This document shows positions 58,001 through 64,000 of a DNA stretch of 64,000 nt, in pieces. Where the stretch lies: assembly GCA_965248445.1 (NCBI GenBank), contig CBDFJG010000001.1, positions 352,001 through 416,000 on the forward strand, given 5' to 3'. Position numbers and translations under genes: made by a program. Position 1 is the first letter of the stretch; each line of letters starts with the position of its first letter. The stretch comes from Planctomycetota bacterium. GTDB lineage: Bacteria; Planctomycetota; JAJSAM01; JAJVHW01. A model generated the notes under the pieces. The model saw only the letters and a program-made list of their open reading frames with translations, did no database searches and was not told where the DNA came from.

Positions 58001-58416
58001 ACCGCGGCAACTTGGTTCGCGCAGAGCGCGGTACGGGACGTGACCTCGGCCGAGTGAGCCTCTCGATCGCGCCTCGTGGCGGACCGCTGCTACAGGGCGA
58101 GACGGTGTTCGTCGTCGGCCGCTCCGGCCGCGTACGGGCCATCTCGCTGGCGACCGGCGCGGTCCAGGCGTCCCGGGATCTGGGCGCCGACGTGCGCGCG
58201 TCCGCGGCGATCCTGAACGGGCTGGTCGTGATCGGCGACGCCGCCGGTCGGCTGACGGCCCTGCAGTGCGCCGGCAACCAGATCGAGCAGGTCTGGCAGT
58301 ACAGCGTCCCGAGCCGGACCGGTGCGGCGATCGGGATCGTCACGACGCCCGTGCTCCACGGGGATCGGATCGTCTTCGGGGCGGCGGATCGCCGCGTCCA
58401 CGCGATCTCGAGGTAG
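55048..58416 (+). CDS. DUF4388(PATAN) + MshEN-like + TPR + TM + PEGA + PQQ-type beta-propeller protein
   Basis: LRGNLNSVDLANVFQML, LGRILIRQ / LLGQVLVEQG, LIMEAAQRIDEW, TPRs, TM LLVILLIVLG, TLPAGAKVLING, propeller repeats; SD GGAGGAGG. Confidence 0.85.
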   Translation: MTALRGNLNSVDLANVFQMLSINQSEGTLYIHSPEGRKAMHFGPDGVSVLARGPSQQDALGRILIRQDWLTPGQLQAALQRQEEGSGRLLGQVLVEQGACTREQVEDALRIQIEEEIYALFLTEGAQFEFDAGDPPAELLDQPDIKSVTFNVNSLIMEAAQRIDEWEWVRTVVPSARVIFRYSGKNVSLDDPIFQDARAGKVLASVDGRRNIDEIIEESFVSRFDVCKITALLVEAGALETVPVAELREAAGEALAAGDTDAATKFLSQVIEGHGDTPDTHRQLAEVLESEREFARSAFHYRVCAEVRVDNGDAKSAFEIYERIHEFLPTDLSAADRMIEIYAMNPDGRESRAPEMIRLGTELAEIYTDLARPSRAIQVLHRVVSLKPDDEALRQRLIDVYMATGMTGEAIAEYEAIAETALATGNDKHAEAVFRKVLSIDRGRDDINGRLNRILLKRTRAKRSKRRALLVILLIVLGVTASAGAWHFWTIYSTKRTQQSVQATSQLAKVGEQYAATFDELRGEVAKLAARLGDPPALLELRQQRSGEWTELVTRANQAAQAYLSVAEEFPGTEAGEHALTEAEALRSHLEGVKGLEADAEELLTARAKQLLMDAERLDRETTPTPALLEAFEAARAYAEHCPAFIATERGQRLMDWEKDLRHNLAAFESAKETVEDLMAGGDADGAFQRAMTYLSNYPPMDLAAQVGIPVNVTTLPAGAKVLINGEERGFTNGWVLISPRADSKIELKRSGYETFEIQRDAITEPNPRELRKLIDREITATLQKSVAFQSAPIGAELTSVTVIGNRVIVGTRGDKQEMIRVPGGQFEWALRTPNPGGVVARPAVSGSVVAIPGVDGVVYFFDVDSRDPLGSVKVEGQIWSDPVLASGRLVVADLSGRVTGIDMASREVAWRYPADGAAPVGAGFRASLVAVADHVFAATVDGEVHVIDARSGRRTERIDLDPKDDAGAVQGIAVTSSQIIAVTDRGNLVRAERGTGRDLGRVSLSIAPRGGPLLQGETVFVVGRSGRVRAISLATGAVQASRDLGADVRASAAILNGLVVIGDAAGRLTALQCAGNQIEQVWQYSVPSRTGAAIGIVTTPVLHGDRIVFGAADRRVHAISR

Positions 58417-58492
58417 CCACGCTCTCGGCTCCGAAGGCAACCGGGGCCGAGCCTCGGGCGGGAGCCTGCGTGCTCCGAGCCTGGATCGAGCC

Positions 58493-58507
58493 TGGCACCG
58501 TTCTCGC
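58493..58507 (+). promoter_or_regulatory. Possible sigma-54 -24/-12 promoter
   Basis: TGGCACCGTTCTCGC has correct GG-N10-GC spacing, but TCGC replaces TTGC. Confidence 0.3.
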
Positions 58508-58581
58508 GGCACTCTCAAGTGAACCGAGGCGGAATCCCGATGGATGAGCGTCCCGGATGTCGGGAAAGGAGGCGGGCTGCC

Positions 58582-59736
58582 GTGAACTTGCTCGAACGCA
58601 TCAAGAGAGCGCGACAGATCCATACGCTGCGGCGTGCGGTCAAGCGCTCCCCCTCCCCCAAGACGTTCGGGACCCTGGCGGAGCGGTTCCTGGCACTCGG
58701 CGAGCCCGAGCGCGCCCTGACCGTCGCGCAGGAGGGCCTGAGCCACTTCCCGGACTCCGAGCGGCTGTTGCACGTCCGCCTGTTCGTGAAGAAGAAGTCG
58801 CTCGCAGACGACATCCGGAAGCTGCGCCGCGACATCGCGCGCCGCCCGAGCCCGCTCTCGTACACGCAGCTCGCGCAGATCTACCGCGAGCTGGGTAACG
58901 AGGACGAGGCGCTCGAGATGGCGCACGAGTGCGCGGAGCGCTTCCCGCTGAACGAGAACCCGTACCTGATCCAGGCCGAGATCCGTCTGAGCCGCTTCCT
59001 CCGCGACCTGGTCGCCAAGGACGCGGTTCTCGCGGAGCAGGCGCTCCGCAAGGTCGTGCGGCTCAACCCGCACCACGTCGGCGCGCACCTCCTGCTCGCG
59101 CAGGTCTACTACCTGGTCGGCGGCGCCGGCGAGACCCGCCGGCAGCTGCGCGCCGTGCTCACGACGATGCCCACCGCGAAGGAGGTTCAGACCTTCTTAC
59201 AGCGTCTGCACGTCACGGAGTCGGACCCCTCGGACACCACGCCGTTCGAGGAACTCGCCCGTGCCGTCGAGCAAGAGGGCGCGTTCGCAGCGGCGCCGGA
59301 CTCCTTCCCCACTCTGCACCCGCAAGCGCCTTCGGTGCCCTCCCAGTCGGACGCACGCCTCGACATGGAGAACCTGATGCAGGACGTCGCGCGCCTCGGC
59401 CGCGAGCCCGGCGTGCGCAACTCAATCCTGCTCGACCGTGACGGAGAGATCTTGGCGGACTTCTCCGACGCAATCGCCCTGTCGCGCCGTCAGTTCGCGG
59501 AGCTCATCCGCAGCATCCGCGAGGTGGCAGATGACGCCAGCAAGCGAATGGACGCGGGCGCGCTCGTGCGCGCCGAGATCGAGGGTCCGGGCGGCAGCAT
59601 CACAGTGGTGCGCGTTCGCTCACTGACCATTGCGCTCCTCTTCGGTGATCCCATGCGACCTGATCGCGCTTGGGAGCTGCTGCAGGGGTTCATCGCGCGG
59701 CATCTGAGGACCGGCAAGGAGACGATCCATGCGTAA
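58582..59736 (+). CDS. TPR + Roadblock/LC7 domain protein
   Basis: N-terminal TPRs; C-terminal PGVRNSILLDRDGEILA Roadblock; SD AAGGAGG before GTG 58582. Confidence 0.82.
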   Translation: MNLLERIKRARQIHTLRRAVKRSPSPKTFGTLAERFLALGEPERALTVAQEGLSHFPDSERLLHVRLFVKKKSLADDIRKLRRDIARRPSPLSYTQLAQIYRELGNEDEALEMAHECAERFPLNENPYLIQAEIRLSRFLRDLVAKDAVLAEQALRKVVRLNPHHVGAHLLLAQVYYLVGGAGETRRQLRAVLTTMPTAKEVQTFLQRLHVTESDPSDTTPFEELARAVEQEGAFAAAPDSFPTLHPQAPSVPSQSDARLDMENLMQDVARLGREPGVRNSILLDRDGEILADFSDAIALSRRQFAELIRSIREVADDASKRMDAGALVRAEIEGPGGSITVVRVRSLTIALLFGDPMRPDRAWELLQGFIARHLRTGKETIHA

Positions 59737-60082
59737 CATCCTCAAGCGCCTCAACGACGTCCCGGGAGTGAAGGGCAGCCTTGTCGTCACGAAGGACGGC
59801 ATGGTGATCGCCGCACACGTCACCCGGAACCTCGAGGAAGACCTCGTGGCCGCCATGGCCGCGGGAGTCATCCAACAGACGCGTCGCGCACTCGAGAAGT
59901 ACGGGCAGCGGCACTTCGTTCGCTTCACGCTCGTCGCGAGTCACGGGAAGCTCATTCTCACGGACGCTGGTCCGGCGTACCTCGTTGCGCTGATGGACCG
60001 GAACGTGGAACTGGGACCGGTCGAGATCGAGATCGAGTCGGCCGCCATGCGGATCCGCAATCAGGGAGAGATCCGCATCTAG
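59729..60082 (+). CDS. Roadblock/LC7 (MglB/MglC-like) protein
   Basis: ILKRLNDVPGVKGSLVVTKDGMVIA...VELGPV. Confidence 0.9.
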   Translation: MRNILKRLNDVPGVKGSLVVTKDGMVIAAHVTRNLEEDLVAAMAAGVIQQTRRALEKYGQRHFVRFTLVASHGKLILTDAGPAYLVALMDRNVELGPVEIEIESAAMRIRNQGEIRI

Positions 60083-60100
60083 CGGTTCGGAGACAAAGAC

Positions 60101-61267
60101 ATGGTTCAAATCAACTTCGCGCTCCGAGAGGTCAACTGCAAGGTCGTGTACTACGGTCCGGGCATGAGTGGCAAGACCACCAACCTCGAGATCGTGCACC
60201 AGAAGGCACCTGAGTCGAACAAGGGCGAACTCACCTCCATCGCAACGGAAGGTGACCGCACGCTGTTCTTCGACTTCATGCCGCTCGACCTCGGGACGAT
60301 CGCGGGCATGCGCACGCGGTTCCAGCTGTACACGGTGCCGGGTCAGGTCTACTACAACTCGACTCGCAAGCTGGTGTTGCAGGGCGTTGACGGCGTCGTG
60401 TTCGTCGCCGACTCCTCCGCGAGCAAGATGGACGAAAACCTCGAGTCGCTCGAGAACCTCAAGAACAACCTCGCCGAGTACGGCAAGGACATTCGCGAGC
60501 TCCCGATCGTCATCCAGTGGAACAAGCGCGACCTGCCGGACGCGCTCCCCGTCGAGCAACTGAACGCGAAGATCAACTCGTGGGGCTGCCCCACGTTCGA
60601 GGCCGTCGCGATCACCGGCGAGGGCGTCTTCCCGACACTCAAGTGCCTGTCCGGGATGGTCCTCGAGACCTTGAACCGCGATCAGCGCGAGGCGCCCGGC
60701 GCCCCGGGCCGGCCTCAGGCGACGAAGCTCGCCGCGCCGGCCGCCCAGGCGGCTCCTGCAGCCCCCGCGGTCATCGCCGCACCAGCGCCTGTGGCGCCGG
60801 TCGCGGCGCAGCCGGCGGTCGCAGCCGCTTCGGCGGCCTCCCCCATCCGGCAGGGCTTCGGTAACACCATGGGCGGTTCTCCGCCTGCTCCGCCGGTCGG
60901 CGTACCCAGTCGCGCGGGGCGGTTCGGTGGCGGCGGAGGCAGCGTATTCGATGAGATCAACGAGCAGGCCGCAGAGCAGCCGGCGCGCCCGGCCGCGTCC
61001 CCCGGCCTCGTCGGTGGTGAAAACGAAGGACCCTGGCAGCAGCAGCAGCAGAAGCAGAAGCAGCAGCGGCGCCAGGTAGACGCTTCGCCGCTCGAGACGT
61101 CGACCATTCGCACCACGCCCAAGAGCTCGGCGGGTGACGCACGGCCGCATCTGCGTATCAAGCAGGAGAAGTCGGTCCCGTGGGTGGCGGTCACACTCGG
61201 AGCACTCATCGTCATCGCGGTCGGCATCATCCTCTTCACGACCGGGCTCGTGAGCCTGCCTGTTTAG
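60101..61267 (+). CDS. mglA: MglA-family small GTPase with low-complexity linker and C-terminal TM
   Basis: KVVYYGPGMSGKTTN, TEGDRTLFFDF, YTVPGQVYY, GVDGVVFVADS, NKRD; Ala/Pro/Gln-rich tail ending WVAVTLGALIVIAVGIILFTTGLV. Confidence 0.93.
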   Translation: MVQINFALREVNCKVVYYGPGMSGKTTNLEIVHQKAPESNKGELTSIATEGDRTLFFDFMPLDLGTIAGMRTRFQLYTVPGQVYYNSTRKLVLQGVDGVVFVADSSASKMDENLESLENLKNNLAEYGKDIRELPIVIQWNKRDLPDALPVEQLNAKINSWGCPTFEAVAITGEGVFPTLKCLSGMVLETLNRDQREAPGAPGRPQATKLAAPAAQAAPAAPAVIAAPAPVAPVAAQPAVAAASAASPIRQGFGNTMGGSPPAPPVGVPSRAGRFGGGGGSVFDEINEQAAEQPARPAASPGLVGGENEGPWQQQQQKQKQQRRQVDASPLETSTIRTTPKSSAGDARPHLRIKQEKSVPWVAVTLGALIVIAVGIILFTTGLVSLPV

Positions 61268-61287
61268 GCCCGTATCGGAGTTAAGTC

Positions 61288-61803
61288 ATGGACAGCCACA
61301 CACTGCGAAATGACCGCCTTGTCTTCTACGAAGACCTGATTCGCGACGTCAACCGGCTGCTTCGGGAGTTCCTGAAGCTGTCCGGCGCGAACTGCGTCTT
61401 CCTCGTGGACAAGGAAGGTCACATGGTCACCCGTCAGGGCGTGACCCGCGACATCGACATGGACACCATCTCCGCCCTCGTCGCCGGCTCGTTCGCCGCG
61501 ACGAAGGAGATGGCGCGCCTGCTCGGCGAAGACGAGTTCTCCGTCCTGTTCCACCAGGGCAAGACGGACAACATCCAGCTCTCGCTGGTGGGCGACAGAA
61601 CCCTCCTGACCGTGATCTTCGACGAGGCCACCACGGTCGGCATGGTCCGCCTGTACGCGGCCGAGACCGCGAAGCGACTCGGCGAGGTCTTCCGCAAGCA
61701 CGAGATGGAACAGCGCCGCAACCCGAACAAGACGAACCCGGAGCTCGCTCAGGGCTTCGTGGGCAGCGCCAAGGACAAGCTGGACGACCTGTTCGGCGGC
61801 TGA
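61288..61803 (+). CDS. mglB: MglB-like Roadblock GTPase regulator
   Basis: CVFLVDKEGH, ALVAGSFAATKEMARLLGEDEFSVLFHQG, VIFDEATTVGMVRL, C-terminal helix KLDDLFG. Confidence 0.92.
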   Translation: MDSHTLRNDRLVFYEDLIRDVNRLLREFLKLSGANCVFLVDKEGHMVTRQGVTRDIDMDTISALVAGSFAATKEMARLLGEDEFSVLFHQGKTDNIQLSLVGDRTLLTVIFDEATTVGMVRLYAAETAKRLGEVFRKHEMEQRRNPNKTNPELAQGFVGSAKDKLDDLFGG

Positions 61804-61826
61804 TCCAAGACGACGACGACATCCAC

Positions 61827-61857
61827 GAGCGGGCCGGCCGATAAGGCCGGCCCGCTC
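61827..61857 (+). terminator. Strong hairpin after mglB
   Basis: 13-bp stem GAGCGGGCCGGCC-GATAA-GGCCGGCCCGCTC; weak U tract. Confidence 0.65.
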
Positions 61858-61894
61858 TGATTCCAGTGCTGCGGTTCCTGTACGATTCGGCTCC

Positions 61895-64000
61895 ATGCGA
61901 CGGATCGCCACCGCGCTTCTCCTGCTCCTCTCCGGCATCGCGCACGCCGGAGGAGGCCCGTCCGACACTGTCGTGCTCGTCAACGACGACAGCCCCGACG
62001 GACAACGGGTCGCGGCGCACTACCTCGTCGCGCGCGACATCCCCCCCACTCACCTGTGCCGCGTGCGGTCTTCGACCGACGCAACCGTTCCCGTCGCCGA
62101 CTTCGTGCGGGACGTGGTCGATCCCCTGCGCCGCTTCCTGGCCGAGCGGCAGCTCGAGGACCGAGTCCGGTTCCTCGTCCTCACCCAGGGCCTGCCGATC
62201 CGGCTGCGCGCACCCGGCGGCATGGTCTCGAGCGCCGCCGCGCTGGAGCTGTTGGACACGCCCATCTGCGGCAGCGACGGCGCGCGTATGCCGCGGTATC
62301 AGAACGCCTACCTGTCGGGCGCCGCGCCGCGGACGACTCTCGACGAGTCCGGCCGGCTGATCCTGGTCACTGCCCTCATCTCCTCCACCGCCGACGAGGC
62401 GATCGCGCTCATCGACCGCAGCGTCGCCGCCGACGGGACGGCGCCGAAGAAGACACTCTTCGTGTTCCAGGATGCGCGGGGCAACGCGGCGAACCGGAAC
62501 CCGGGCTACGACCCGGCGCGCGCGGAACTCGAGAAGCTCGGGCACAAGTCCGAGCACGTGCCCGCCGGCGCCGACGAGGTCCGTGAGCGAAAGCGTGTGA
62601 TGGGCTACATGTCGGGAGGCTCGTACTCCCGCCTCTCGGTCGCCGGAGTGGACGACAACGAGTATCTGCCGGGCGCGCTCTGCGACATGCTCCAGAGCTT
62701 CGGCGCGGTGCCGGCGAACTTCGTTCCCGGGGGGAAGGGCAAACAGTTCCCGATCACGCACATGATCCGCGCGGGAATCACCGGAGTGCACGGCGCGGTG
62801 GCAGAGCCGTACAACATCACATTCCCGTCGGCGGATCTGTTCACGCCGTACGTCCACGGCTTCACGCTGGCCGAGACGTTCCACCAGAAGCTGCCGTTCC
62901 GCTACTGGATGAATCTCGTCCTCGGCGATCCGCTCTGCGCTCCGTACGCCAAGCGGCCGAAGGTCGTGGTGTACGGAGCTCCCCGCACGGGCTGGAGCGG
63001 AGAGGTCTCGTTCGTGGCCCGTGCGAAGGGCGCCGAGAGCATGGCCGTGTTCGTAGACGGCGTTCCGGTGACGGAGGGAGCGGGCGACGAGCTGAACGTC
63101 GTGATCGATACCGCGCGGTTCCAGGGCGGCAAGCGCCACGTCCTGATCGAGGCGACCGGTGCCGGCGAGGCGGAGCCGCGGGGCTGGACAGTCTTGCAGC
63201 CAACGTTCGTCAACGAGAACGTCGGAGTGGATCAGCCCGCATCCGCACCTCTGCCCGCCGGACTGCGGCTCGAGGTACCGGACCAAGTGCAGGCCGGCGA
63301 GAGCTTCGAGGTGCGCCTCGTCGCGCTTTCAGAAGACGGGACGCCCTTCGCCCCAGGCGCACCGACGGCGTGGCTGTCCTCGGCGAAGCCGCCGGTGCGA
63401 TGGGCCCGCGGCATCCCGGTGGACGGTACGCCCCACACACTGCGCCTGGTCAAGTCCGGAGACGTGACGTTCCGCGCGCAGATCCCCGGCGCGCACGCGG
63501 TCGCGGATGCGGTCGTGCGGGTCGCGTCGGCGGAGATGCTGAACGTGACCACACCGGTGTCCCGCGTCGCGCTCGGGCAGGTGTCGGACCTGCCGCTCCA
63601 GGCGGTCGACCGGTTCGGCAACATCGCGGAGGACTACTCCGGTCCGGTGCGCGTTGAAGCTCCCGGCAATCCCGGGGCCGACGTGGGCCGGACGGCGGAG
63701 ATGGTGCGCGGAAGGGGCGTGATCCGAGACGTTCTGATCACGCACAGCGGACCGCGGCGTCTGGTGTTCCGGGACGGCGGAGGAGCGACCGTCTCCGGTG
63801 CGCAGGAGGGGATCCGCGTCGCGCGAGGAGCCGTGCGTGCGTGGGTGGTGTCGCAACCGTCGCGCGGCGACGACGCCGCGGCGCTCTTCAAGTCGGGGGC
63901 CAAGCTGCTGCCGCAGCGCCACGGCGACGTCGTGGACGGCACACTGTTCGTGCGCCATCGGGACGGAGACGACCAGATCGATCTCTCGACCGGGTTGCGC
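61895..64000 (+). CDS. TIGR03790-family secreted protein with C-terminal Ig-like extension (3' partial)
   Basis: Missing from the ORF track, apparently because it runs off the window. Translated by hand: MRRIATALLLLL...VVLVNDDSPDGQRVAAHYLVARDIP and GITGVHGAVAEPY...WMNLVLGDPL. Confidence 0.85.
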   Translation, partial: MRRIATALLLLLSGIAHAGGGPSDTVVLVNDDSPDGQRVAAHYLVARDIPPTHLCRVRSSTDATVPVADFVRDVVDPLRRFLAERQLEDRVRFLVLTQGLPIRLRAPGGMVSSAAALELLDTPICGSDGARMPRYQNAYLSGAAPRTTLDESGRLILVTALISSTADEAIALIDRSVAADGTAPKKTLFVFQDARGNAANRNPGYDPARAELEKLGHKSEHVPAGADEVRERKRVMGYMSGGSYSRLSVAGVDDNEYLPGALCDMLQSFGAVPANFVPGGKGKQFPITHMIRAGITGVHGAVAEPYNITFPSADLFTPYVHGFTLAETFHQKLPFRYWMNLVLGDPLCAPYAKRPKVVVYGAPRTGWSGEVSFVARAKGAESMAVFVDGVPVTEGAGDELNVVIDTARFQGGKRHVLIEATGAGEAEPRGWTVLQPTFVNENVGVDQPASAPLPAGLRLEVPDQVQAGESFEVRLVALSEDGTPFAPGAPTAWLSSAKPPVRWARGIPVDGTPHTLRLVKSGDVTFRAQIPGAHAVADAVVRVASAEMLNVTTPVSRVALGQVSDLPLQAVDRFGNIAEDYSGPVRVEAPGNPGADVGRTAEMVRGRGVIRDVLITHSGPRRLVFRDGGGATVSGAQEGIRVARGAVRAWVVSQPSRGDDAAALFKSGAKLLPQRHGDVVDGTLFVRHRDGDDQIDLSTGLR

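Noticed and set aside
61037..61066. CAG/AAG repeat in mglA, and the 12-nt Pro-Thr repeat near 3531-3563, as phase-variation tracts
   Set aside because: Unit lengths are multiples of three and encode linkers, so slippage would not shift the frame.

Overview
A GC-rich bacterial window with no rRNA, tRNA, CRISPR array, integrase or transposase that I can see. The gene content (extended ECF sigma factor, TIGR03790-like gene, DUF4388/MglAB module, membrane Ser/Thr kinase) suggests Planctomycetota, which is an inference. It has four blocks. (1) 1-1465: the end of an ATP-dependent DNA ligase, coupled to a BRCT-MerR-TPR gene. (2) About 1.5-28.5 kb: a mosaic of unrelated genes in mixed orientation. 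Its intergenic spaces hold decayed copies of neighbouring gene ends, gene remnants and hairpins with conserved ends (TACCGAGACCGG...CCGGTCTCGGTA) and variable stems. (3) 28.5-45.7 kb: an LPS-type cluster (sulfotransferase, MsbA-like exporter with an extra Cache-like domain, GT4/GT2/GT9 glycosyltransferases, three Kdo/WaaP-like kinases). (4) 45.7-64 kb: dsbD with an ECF/ZAS anti-sigma pair, a Ser/Thr kinase-FHA pair and an MglA/MglB-type module. The ORF track splits two probable selenoproteins at in-frame UGA codons: an AhpD-like CxxU protein (9424-9993) and a DsbD with a UxxC thioredoxin motif (45665-47560), each followed by a SECIS-like hairpin. Other highlights are a tail-anchored MglA flanked by three Roadblock domains, the hairpin-and-scar insertion hotspot and a repeated leaderless-promoter pattern. 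All family calls are motif recognition by eye; no database searches were run.
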